Part shown: positions 50,633 through 61,239 of the stretch, in pieces
Layout of the letters: every line of letters starts with the position of its first letter
Numbering within the stretch: the stretch's first letter is position 1
Assembly (NCBI GenBank): GCA_963674865.2
Contig: CAXXYE010000008.1
Coordinates: 352,001-416,000, forward strand
Direction of reading: 5' to 3'
From: Candidatus Hydrogenedentota bacterium
Lineage (GTDB): Bacteria; Hydrogenedentota; Hydrogenedentia; Hydrogenedentales; SLHB01
Length of the DNA stretch: 64,000 nt
Translations under genes and position numbers: made by a program
Notes under the pieces: model-generated
Databases searched by the model: none
What the model was told of the DNA's origin: nothing
Seen by the model: the letters and a program-made list of their open reading frames with translations, nothing else

Positions 50633-51306
50633 GGGGACACAATACTCAGCTCAAGGAAGATACTTGATCATAGTCAAGGCGCCAATGGGCGAGTTCCCGA
50701 CCCCCTCGGCAAAGGCCCAGAAGTCCGGCGCAAAGGGAATGCCCGGCAGTTCCCGCTTCAGGCAGTCCGCATACTTATCGCGGTAGGCCGGGTGGTGCAA
50801 CAGGCCGTAGACGTAATGGAAGATGTCCCATTTCCGTAACGCAAGCATCCTGCCTGCCGGAGATTGTGGCGCAGGCATCTTGCCTGCACGTCTTGCAGGC
50901 GAGGACGCCTGCGTTACGCAGTTGCCATACTGGGCTCGGAACTGCGTCAGGGAATCTCGGGGACACAACACCTAACTCAAAAGGAACACACCTAGCCGCC
51001 GTGCCTGCCGGGCGGAAACAACAACAGAGGCCGCCCGCAACGGCGGCAATTCAGTCTTGTGTTTCCAAGACTCTCGCGTACTCCTCGCGGTAGGTGGGAT
51101 GGTGCAACAGGCCGTAGATGTAATGACAGACATCCCATTTCTGTAACGCGGGCATCTTGCCTGCAGGCCTTGCAGGCGAGGACGCCTGCGTTACGTAGTT
51201 GCCATGCCGGGCTCGGAACTGCGTCAGGGAATCTCAGGGGAATCTCGGGGACACAACACCTAACTCAAAGGGAACACACCTAGCCGCCGTGCCTGCCGGG
51301 CGGAAA
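50633..51306. repeat. Composite repeat copy 2 (50633-51066) and partial copy 3 (about 51075-51306)
   Basis: Colinear with 47530-47962. Smaller pieces also at about 46178-46235 and 58634-58692. Confidence 0.85.
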
Positions 51307-51346
51307 TGGCAGCAGAAACCGTCCATACCTTGTGAGCCACGAATGC

Positions 51347-51377
51347 AAAGGCCGCCACGGTTTCCACCGTGGCGGCC
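51347..51377 (-). terminator. Hairpin downstream of katG
   Basis: GGCCGCCACGG-TTTCCA-CCGTGGCGGCC 11-bp stem. Confidence 0.65.
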
Positions 51378-51400
51378 CCTTCTTCTCTCGGCTGGCGCTT

Positions 51401-53620
<2,220 letters not shown>

Positions 53621-53681
53621 TCACGCCGGGCGATGCCGCCGGCGCGGTCGCGTTTGACCCTGGCCGCGACGGGGGATATGG

Positions 53682-54143
53682 CTAACTTCTGCTATCTTCA
53701 ACGGAGCGGCACTGGGCGCACACGCCCTTTACCTCCAAGTGCAGCGACACAGGTTCACCCAATGCCTCTGCCTCCTCCGGGAATTCGACGTTTTCCAGAT
53801 GCGGCGAGCGGAAATCGCGGATCAGTCCGCAACGGACACAGACAAAGTGGTGGTGCGGCCCCATATTCGCATCGAAGCGCAGACGTTCATGGCTCATCCC
53901 CACCACGGAAACGAGGCCATGCTCAACAAGCATCTTCAGATTTCGGTAGACGGTGTCAGGAGAGATGGTTGGGATGCGTTCCCTCACGCGGCGATGCACC
54001 GTCTCGACATCCGGATGCTCTTCCGTCGAAGCCAACTCGCGAAAGATCTCCAAACGCTGATGGGTGACTTTCACCCCGCGGTCGACACAGGCCTGCCTGA
54101 AGGCATGCATGCGTGCATCGACAATATGTGAAGGAAGCGACAT
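53682..54143 (-). CDS. perR: Fur-family peroxide-responsive repressor (PerR-like)
   Basis: THQRLEI, HPDVE, TVYRNL, HHHFVCVRCG and C-terminal CxxC motifs; directly upstream of katG. Confidence 0.8.
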   Translation of the reverse strand: MSLPSHIVDARMHAFRQACVDRGVKVTHQRLEIFRELASTEEHPDVETVHRRVRERIPTISPDTVYRNLKMLVEHGLVSVVGMSHERLRFDANMGPHHHFVCVRCGLIRDFRSPHLENVEFPEEAEALGEPVSLHLEVKGVCAQCRSVEDSRS

Positions 54144-54166
54144 CAGCCCAAGCGCAGTTAAGAACA

Positions 54167-54208
54167 AATCCTAAATAGGATTATATCCTATCTTTCGCGT
54201 GCTGTCAA
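54167..54208 (-). promoter_or_regulatory. Consensus sigma70 promoter of perR-katG with overlapping palindromic operator
   Basis: Minus strand TTGACA (54208-54203), 17 nt spacer, TATAAT (54185-54180); palindromes AATCCTA-AA-TAGGATT and ATAGGAT-TAT-ATCCTAT. Confidence 0.85.
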
Positions 54209-54241
54209 CCCCTTGCCTTGCCGAAAACGTCCCTTATTCCT

Positions 54242-54688
54242 TCATTTCAAGCCGGGGCACCACACCGGCTTCGGCTGTTGGGCCCCCCAGTTCTTCAATC
54301 CCATGGCCTTCATCTTCTTCATATTCTCCACGGTGGCCCGATGATGGTCCCATTCGTCAGCGGCGAACGCTTCGACCTTGTCGCACGGGAAGCCGTCGCA
54401 CTCGAAACAGTAGCGGAGGCCCTTCGCCTCGGCGCAAGGACGGAACGGACAGTCCGCCCAGCACTGTTGCTCAAAAGAGCCCCTGCACCCGGCGCACTCG
54501 CCCTTCTTGCGTGCTCCGCACTTGGCGCAGTTCAAGCCACAGACGGCGATATCCCAGTCCAGTGTGCTCAAGGTGTCTGCGTCTGCCTCGCGTTGTGACA
54601 GGGCTTCTCCATCCCTACGTGTGGTGCAACCGAGGACGCCGGAAGCACAGCCACACGCAAGGCAGCCCATGAAGGTGCGTCTATCCAT
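54242..54688 (-). CDS. DUF3795-like Cys-rich protein with a twin-arginine-like leader
   Basis: MDRRTFM leader; CGLNCAKC...CAGC...CPFRPC...YCFECDGFPC. Confidence 0.75.
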   Translation of the reverse strand: MDRRTFMGCLACGCASGVLGCTTRRDGEALSQREADADTLSTLDWDIAVCGLNCAKCGARKKGECAGCRGSFEQQCWADCPFRPCAEAKGLRYCFECDGFPCDKVEAFAADEWDHHRATVENMKKMKAMGLKNWGAQQPKPVWCPGLK

Positions 54689-55035
54689 CGTTCTTTCTCC
54701 TTGGCGCGAGGACAGGCCTCGGCGGCGATGCCCGCTACGTGGATGGGCTTAAGGGTGGGGCGGACGACATGAGTACGTGCCACGTATCCGTCAAGCCACT
54801 CGAACAGAAACGAGCGGCCGGAATCCGGTGGCGTGCGCCGCCCCCTTTCGCCCAATTCACCTTGTTAGTTTATTGGCGTTGCCTATTCGTGTCAAAGGGC
54901 AGGGGTCCGTTCGTTACACTGGGTCTTTACACGGACGTGGCGGCTCACCATGGCGCGAGCAAGAGGCGGCGCACGGCAAGACGGGCCAACAATTACATTC
55001 CCGTTCCTCTGGCGTGCTCACTACGGAGTGACTGT

Positions 55036-55465
55036 TTACTTGCTCCAACGCGCCGGTTTCCGCCAGGCCTCGATGACGTGCGGCAGGGCGCTTGTCCCGC
55101 CGGTGTTGCGTATGCCTGTGGCGAGCTCTTTTTCCATGCGCCGGCTGCTGCGGGAGAGAAACGAGCATTGGGCGGCAACGCGGCTGAATACGGTAAGGCC
55201 GATGATGTACTGGCCCACGTCGTTGAAATGGCAGGCATCCGCGGTGAGCAGCCACGTCGCTCCCTCGAGGATATGGTAGACGTCCACAAAGAGCGCGCCA
55301 AGTTCCGCGGCCATCTGCTCAATGGCCGCGTTATAGGCGAGTACCAGTTCGTCGCCCGGTTTGTTGAACTTGCCGAACCAGTCCGCATACTTGGGGTCCG
55401 ACCACGTCGCGGCATCGTACTGTAAGTTCCAGTAAGGCCCCACCAGTACGACGAGGGCCTCGGGC
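55036..55465 (-). pseudogene. Duplicated 3' half of the SGNH hydrolase gene
   Basis: Near-identical to 58770-59199 (offset 3734); lacks the N-terminal GES block. Confidence 0.9.
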
Positions 55466-55517
55466 CGGACTCCCAGGACTCGCGGCGTTCACAAGGGACT
55501 TGTCGACGGTTTCCGCG

Positions 55518-56255
55518 TCATACAATCCACCGCCTCCTTATGTTGCGGAGGCTTATGGCGAAGAGGGCAGTACAGAAGGCTGCTAATGCGGCGAGACTGA
55601 GCGCATAGGGCATGGTTGCGGCCTCACGGATGGCGCCGTGGAGAATGTCGGCGCCGTAGGTAAGGGGGAGCGCGTACGAGAAGGGGCGCAAGAACGGGGG
55701 GAGCTTCTCGATCGGAAAGAAGAGGCCGCACAGGAAGATCATGGGGAAGCGGAAGAAATTGGAGAAGGTCTGCGCCTCGAAGACCTCGCTAACGGATACG
55801 GCCACGAACAAGCCGAGAAAGGTCGAACTAACGGCGATCAGCAACACGGCCGGTAGAAGCGCCACCCAGTTTACCCCCGACAGGTCGACGAGGAATGCGG
55901 CCATCAGGACCGGCACGAAGGCGTTGGCCATGCCGAAAAGAATAGCGCCGGCGGTCTTGGCCAGCATGAGCAGTTCGAGCGGGATAGGGGCCAACAGCAA
56001 GCGCTCGAAGGAGCGCCCCTTCTTCTCGAAGGTAACTGTGACGGCCAGCATCGAGGTTGTGCCGAAAAGCACGGAGACGGCCATCACGCCCGGCAAGACC
56101 GTTTGGATGCTCTCCAGCCCCGATCCGGACTTGATGAAGAACATGGCCGTCCAGGCAAGAGGAAAGACCAGCCCCCAACTGATATTGGGGGGCTTCAGAT
56201 AGTAGGACCGCATGTCCTTGGCCAGAATGCTCCAGAAAGCGATCCAGCGTTTCAT
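55518..56255 (-). CDS. ABC-2 type exporter permease
   Basis: About six TM helices; FERLLLAPI, FPMIFLCGLFFP and LPLTY motifs. Confidence 0.9.
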   Translation of the reverse strand: MKRWIAFWSILAKDMRSYYLKPPNISWGLVFPLAWTAMFFIKSGSGLESIQTVLPGVMAVSVLFGTTSMLAVTVTFEKKGRSFERLLLAPIPLELLMLAKTAGAILFGMANAFVPVLMAAFLVDLSGVNWVALLPAVLLIAVSSTFLGLFVAVSVSEVFEAQTFSNFFRFPMIFLCGLFFPIEKLPPFLRPFSYALPLTYGADILHGAIREAATMPYALSLAALAAFCTALFAISLRNIRRRWIV

Positions 56256-57238
56256 GCGCCGGCTCCTTTGCTCTGCTTTTCGCGTTCCTGCTTCATAACG
56301 CTCGCTTCGATGCCGGTGACGTATACGAAGACGTCCTCAAGCGAGGGGCGGATCTTGCGTGCTTCGGACACTTCCTCGCCGCGGTCTTCGAAGAGGCGCA
56401 CCAACGGCCCGATGCGAATGGGTTCACGAGATTCGACGCGGAGGACCTGGGGCGAGACTTCTTGGGGCTGAAGCTCAGGGAAAGTGTCTCCGACCGCCGC
56501 GCACAGGGCGGCCACACCGCCGGACACCCCAAACTCGACCACGTGACGGTCCTGGGCGTCGCGCATCAGGGCCTTGACGGTGTCGGTGCGGACGATGCGC
56601 CCCTGGACGATGAAGCCAATGCGCCGGCAAAGTCGCTCGGCTTCCTCGATGTAGTGGGTGGTCAGGAGGATTGTTGTGCCGCCGGAATTCAGGTCGGCGA
56701 TCAACTGGCGAATCTGTCGTGCGCTGGCCACGTCGATACCGGTGGTCGGCTCGTCCAGGAACATAATCGGCGGTCTGTGGATAATCCCGGCGGCGATGGT
56801 CAGTTTGCGTTTCATACCCTTGGAATAGCCGGCGAACTTGCGCCCCGCCGCTTGCGCCAGCCCGAAGGATTCCAGCAGTTCGCGCGCCCGCTTTTCACGT
56901 TCCCGCCGGGGCATGCCATAGAGCGCGCCGCAGAAACAGAGATTCTCGTAGCCGGTCAACTCGGGATACAGATTGCTCTCATCCGGCACAACGCCCATCA
57001 GGTGCTGGGCGGCCTTCGGGTTGCGCGAGCAATCAATGCCCGCAATACGAATTGTCCCGGCGTCGGGTCGCGCTAGGCCCGTAAGCATGTTGATGGTCGT
57101 GGTCTTGCCTGCGCCATTCGGGCCAAGGAAACCAAAGAGTCCGCCCTCCTCCACTTCGAAGCTGACGGACTCGACTGCCTTGGCCTCGCCGAAGCGTTTC
57201 GCCAGATCGGAAACTGCGATTGCCCTAGAAACACTCAT
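56252..57238 (-). CDS. ABC transporter ATP-binding protein (DrrA-like)
   Basis: GPNGAGKTT, YSKGMKRK, FLDEPT and TTHY motifs. Confidence 0.95.
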   Translation of the reverse strand: MSVSRAIAVSDLAKRFGEAKAVESVSFEVEEGGLFGFLGPNGAGKTTTINMLTGLARPDAGTIRIAGIDCSRNPKAAQHLMGVVPDESNLYPELTGYENLCFCGALYGMPRREREKRARELLESFGLAQAAGRKFAGYSKGMKRKLTIAAGIIHRPPIMFLDEPTTGIDVASARQIRQLIADLNSGGTTILLTTHYIEEAERLCRRIGFIVQGRIVRTDTVKALMRDAQDRHVVEFGVSGGVAALCAAVGDTFPELQPQEVSPQVLRVESREPIRIGPLVRLFEDRGEEVSEARKIRPSLEDVFVYVTGIEASVMKQEREKQSKGAGA

Positions 57239-57288
57239 CTGGTGCACCTTTTCGCGACAACGATGTCTTTCGCATCGCGAGCGCGTTC

Positions 57289-57636
57289 TCAACTCGCCGT
57301 GACTGCGTATGTGTTCTTATCGGGATCCCATTGCCGGCGTATCAGGCTGTGGCTTTCCAGCTCTTTCAGCGCGTCTGCCAGATCCTCAAGACTTACCGGT
57401 ATCGCGTCGGCGATCTGCGACTGCATCATGGAACCGCCGTGTTGACGCAACATGGATAGGATTTCGCGGTGGGGATGGGGAAGACTCTTGCGTTCCATTG
57501 GCGACAGTCCGTCCGAGGCTATGGTTCGTCGATGAACAAGCCAGAGGACGATTCCGATTACGCAAGCGAGAGCGATGACCGCCGCGCCAATCTGCCAAGG
57601 TTCGGCGCCGCCGAGAATGTGGTGTCCGTGTCCCAT
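57289..57636 (-). CDS. Small membrane-anchored winged-helix protein with His-rich N-terminus
   Basis: MGHGHH, one TM helix, EILSML...QSQIAD...LKELESHSLIRR; AGGAGG RBS. Confidence 0.65.
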   Translation of the reverse strand: MGHGHHILGGAEPWQIGAAVIALACVIGIVLWLVHRRTIASDGLSPMERKSLPHPHREILSMLRQHGGSMMQSQIADAIPVSLEDLADALKELESHSLIRRQWDPDKNTYAVTAS

Positions 57637-57701
57637 GTCTCAAGTCCTCCTTGTGAAAGGGCTGGTGGCAATTGAGCCGCCGCCGCCTCATAGCAGGTAC
57701 G

Positions 57702-57839
57702 TTACTTTCGCTCCGACTTCTGCACACAGGGGTGCTCGTGCCTCGTCCCGTGACATTTCCTGATCTGCTCGGGCGAGCATTCCTCGGGCTTGCCCTTCAG
57801 GTTCTCCGGCTTCTCGCAGCACTGCTGTTTCTCACACAT
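57702..57839 (-). CDS. 45-aa Cys/His-rich peptide (not in the ORF track)
   Basis: MCEKQQCCEKPENLKGKPEECSPEQIRKCHGTRHEHPCVQKSERK; AGGAGG RBS; directly downstream of arsR. Confidence 0.75.
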   Translation of the reverse strand: MCEKQQCCEKPENLKGKPEECSPEQIRKCHGTRHEHPCVQKSERK

Positions 57840-57901
57840 GATGTACCTCCTTTTGATTAAGTGGCCGCGCGGAGACTATTCCGCGTGGCAAAAAAACACG
57901 T

Positions 57902-58189
57902 CTACTTCTTCTTGTCCACATTGAGCAGCCTCTGGGCTGTTTCTCCCCAGTCAGTGAGCGTCGATTCGTTCACCCGGTAATGCACGAAGTACCCCTTCTT
58001 TTCCGCTCTCACAATCTCTGCATCTCGCAGCACGCGCAGGTGCTGCGACACTGCGGCCGGGGTGATATCCAGCGCGCGGGCCAGGGCATTGACACAGAGC
58101 GTCCTACTCTTGAGCAGGTCAATCATACGCACGCGCGTCTCCACTGAAAGGACTTTGAAGATTCGGGCGAGTCTATCCGTTTCGTCCAT
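57902..58189 (-). CDS. ArsR/SmtB family transcriptional regulator
   Basis: FKVLSVETRVRMI...LCVNAL...AVSQHLRVLR...GYFVHY. Confidence 0.9.
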   Translation of the reverse strand: MDETDRLARIFKVLSVETRVRMIDLLKSRTLCVNALARALDITPAAVSQHLRVLRDAEIVRAEKKGYFVHYRVNESTLTDWGETAQRLLNVDKKK

Positions 58190-58205
58190 GAGCGCAGGCC
58201 TTTTA

Positions 58206-58253
58206 ATTAAGTATAAACGCGGATACTATAGGGTTTCTGCGGGCTGGTGTCAA
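58206..58253 (-). promoter_or_regulatory. sigma70 promoter and putative operator of arsR
   Basis: Minus strand TTGACA (58253-58248), N17, TATAGT (58230-58225). Motif ATTAAGT-N5-CGCGGA-N-ACTAT recurs at 57856-57879. Confidence 0.7.
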
Positions 58254-58769
58254 CATGGAGATTCATGGTCCAGAAACGACGCCCTTCCGCTCACGTCGCG
58301 CAGAAGAGCAAGGCAAGAAGACTGGCCAAGCGGGTAACTCCCCGTTCCACCCGTGAAGGAGAATCGGGCTTCTTATCCGGCAGCCAGAACAGCGTGCTTG
58401 CCGTATTGACCAGTGTGAAGTCGCAGCTCTTACGCCGCCACCAAACCGTAACTTAAGTTCGCCTCCCCATGTGTTCTACTTTCGCTGAGGGTGAACAATA
58501 GACCTCTTATGCCTCAGAAAGCGCATGGGCAAGGTGCATGAGGAACCAACGAAACCAACCATGGCTACACCGGGCCAAACTGTGACTTGCTTTTGTGCCC
58601 CAGAAACTCCCATTCACACTGACGATTGGCACCAATTGAGTATTGTGTCCCCAAGACTCCGCCTCCCCAAGACTCCGCCAAGACTCCCCAAGGTGGGTTC
58701 TGAGCACGGACAACACGGGCCTACAACTACATTCCCGTTCCCCTGGCGTACTCACTGCGGGGCGAGAGC

Positions 58770-59588
58770 CTACTTGCTCCAACGCTCCGGCTTCCGCCAG
58801 GCCTCGATGACGTGCGGCAGGGCGCTTGTCCCGCCGGTGTTGTGTATGCCTGTGGCGAGCTCTTTTTCCATGCGCCGGCTGCCGCGGGAGAGAAACGAGC
58901 ATTGGGCGGCAACGCGGCTGAATACGGTAAGGCCGATGATGTACTGGCCCACGTCGTTGAAATGGCAGGCATCCGCGGTGAGCAGCCACGTCGCTCCCTC
59001 GAGGATATGGTAGACGTCCACAAAGAGCGCGCCAAGTTCCGCGGCCATCTGCTCAATGGCCGCGTTATAGGCGAGTACCAGTTCGTCGCCCGGTTTGTTG
59101 AACTTGCCGAACCAGTCCGCATACTTGGGGTCCGACCACGTCGCGGCATCGTACTGTAAGTTCCAGTAAGGCCCCACCAATACGACGAGGGCCTCGGGCA
59201 GGCGCTCCATGGTGTTGGCCACAATCGTCCGGTAGTCCTTGATGAAGCTTTCCAGCGCATGGCCGCAACGTGAATCGTTCAAGCCGTACGCGAAAACGGC
59301 CATATCCGGGCGGTAGTCGATCATGTCGGATTCGTAGCGCTCCAGGGCGGACGGCGCGGTGTGGTACAGCGGCTCTTTCTCATACCCGGGGGCGTTCGGA
59401 CTGATGACGTTGGCCGGGATAGCGTTGTTGAACACGCGGACGGGCCCGTCCTGAAAATCGGTGATGTGGTCGCCAAGTACCTGCACCCATTCGTTCTTCG
59501 GCTGGCTCGCACTCATCCCGTAGGCATTGGATTCCCCCATGACGACAAGGCGGCCTACGGGAGTCTTTCGGTGGCATTGCCTAATCAT
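58770..59588 (-). CDS. SGNH/GDSL hydrolase
   Basis: VMGESNAYG, AYGLND and DACHFND blocks. Confidence 0.85.
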   Translation of the reverse strand: MIRQCHRKTPVGRLVVMGESNAYGMSASQPKNEWVQVLGDHITDFQDGPVRVFNNAIPANVISPNAPGYEKEPLYHTAPSALERYESDMIDYRPDMAVFAYGLNDSRCGHALESFIKDYRTIVANTMERLPEALVVLVGPYWNLQYDAATWSDPKYADWFGKFNKPGDELVLAYNAAIEQMAAELGALFVDVYHILEGATWLLTADACHFNDVGQYIIGLTVFSRVAAQCSFLSRGSRRMEKELATGIHNTGGTSALPHVIEAWRKPERWSK

Positions 59589-59649
59589 CTCGCGTTCTCC
59601 TCAATCGAGCGTATGGACAGGGCCGTTGTGGGGCGGCCGAGGGGCGCGG

Positions 59650-60474
59650 CTATTCCAGTTTGTTGAGATGCACGTCCATCTGCGGGAAGGGGATGCTAAT
59701 GCCGGCTTTGTCGAGAGCCATCTTCACCGAACGTACCGTTGCATCGCGAACGTCCCAGTAGTCGGCCGTATCACACCAAACGCGTACGACCCAATCCACT
59801 GAGGATGCGCCCAATTCAAGGAGCAGGATCTGGGCCGGCGGCTCTTCGATGCGCCCGGGAACCGCGAGGGCGGCCTGGGCCAGGACCTCACGCGTTTGAT
59901 CGATGTCCGCGGTGTAGGAAACACCCACCGAAACGTCCACACGCCGGATATCGTGGAAGGTGATGTTCTCGATGGTCGCACCGAAGACGGAACTGTTGGG
60001 CAGGATGATGCGGCGGTTGTCCGGTGTGTCGAGGGACGTGGTGAAGAGGTCGATCTCACAGACTTTTCCGAGTTCGCCGCAGACGTTGACAACATCGCCC
60101 ACCTTGAATGGGCGAAAGAGCAGCAGCATGATGCCCGATGAGAAGTTGGACAAGGAGCCCTGAAACGCCAGTCCTATGGCGAGGCCCGCGGCGCCGATGA
60201 CGGCGGCGAAGGTCGTGACTTCAACGCCAAAGACGGTCAGGCACGTTAGAAAGGCGAGGACAAGGACGGCCCAACGCGCCAGCCTCGCCAGGAACTTGGC
60301 CAGCGTCTCTTCGACCTTGGCGCGTGTCAGGCCGCGGACGACCATCCGGCCGAGCCATCCGGCCAGCAGCCATGCCGCGAAGAGCATGGCAAGCGCGCCC
60401 AGACCACGTGTCCCGTAAGTCGTGACTTGAGTCATTAATTCATCGCTAGCCAAGTACTCGGTCAGAGATTCCAT
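59650..60474 (-). CDS. mscS: Small-conductance mechanosensitive channel
   Basis: GAAGLAIGLAFQGSLSNF, RPFKVGD, ILPNS and ISIPFPQ motifs. Confidence 0.92.
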   Translation of the reverse strand: MESLTEYLASDELMTQVTTYGTRGLGALAMLFAAWLLAGWLGRMVVRGLTRAKVEETLAKFLARLARWAVLVLAFLTCLTVFGVEVTTFAAVIGAAGLAIGLAFQGSLSNFSSGIMLLLFRPFKVGDVVNVCGELGKVCEIDLFTTSLDTPDNRRIILPNSSVFGATIENITFHDIRRVDVSVGVSYTADIDQTREVLAQAALAVPGRIEEPPAQILLLELGASSVDWVVRVWCDTADYWDVRDATVRSVKMALDKAGISIPFPQMDVHLNKLE

Positions 60475-60645
60475 GACCTTCCTCCCCATTGCACGCGACT
60501 CGCTCTCCCGACAGCGCGGCCTTCTACATACGGATGTGTCCGCCGCCACTGCAACTGCGTTTGCACCATGATATGCGCAAACACACTCGCCGTCAACGCC
60601 CCCCTGCCGCTGTGGTCCCCGACTCGGCGTTAATAGCTCTCATTA

Positions 60646-60857
60646 GAGGGTGTGAGGGTTGAAACACTCCGGGGGTGATAGTTTGCAGAGAGGGTTCGGG
60701 CGCTGTAACCTATTAGACAGCATTTGTTTAACCTATATGACGCGCCCTGCGAGGGTGATAGTAGGAGGGTTTCTTTAGAAACCCTCCTACGGGGCGGAAA
60801 AAGTTAGAGGGTTTTATGAAAAACCCTCTAACTGTCTACAACCCTCTACCAACCCTC
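60646..60857. repeat. Cluster of GAGGGT/ACCCTC repeats with two perfect 14-bp hairpins
   Basis: GTAGGAGGGTTTCT-TT-AGAAACCCTCCTAC (60761-60790); AGTTAGAGGGTTTT-ATGA-AAAACCCTCTAACT (60802-60833). Confidence 0.85.
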
Positions 60858-61012
60858 ACCCCGGCCAAGGCCTCCGGTGTCGTGCGAGGCGGCCCATGTT
60901 TGGGCCAACCCCTTGGCCTTCAATGACTTGACGCGGTGCGGGGCGAAGGGACTGCGGATTCTCCCGGACGAGGTGCATCTTCACAATCGCCCATGCTATA
61001 ACCGGGCTCAGT

Positions 61013-61163
61013 GGAGGCGTTGAAAAGGTCTGGAGTTGCTGCACGCAGGCCGCGAAAGGACCTGGGACAGTCCCGTCTGCGTCCTCCTGCGGCGGACTCC
61101 GCTTGGGACAGTCCCGATCTTTCGCTCAACCTCTGGGGCGAATGCGACTTTTTCAACAGCTCC
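61013..61163. mobile_element. Putative 151-bp MITE
   Basis: Imperfect 18-bp terminal inverted repeats GGAGGCGTTGAAAAGGTC / GACTTTTTCAACAGCTCC; two internal GGGACAGTCCC palindromes. Confidence 0.6.
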
Positions 61164-61239
61164 TCTGCCGCCCATGTGAGGTAGGATGTCCCATGCCGGG
61201 GCGCTTTCCCCTCTTGGCGTTCACACGATTGGAGGCAAG

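Noticed and set aside
47530..51306. Integron attC cassette array
   Set aside because: No integron integrase, no clear RYYYAAC/GTTRRRY-bounded sites, and the repeats are much longer than attC.
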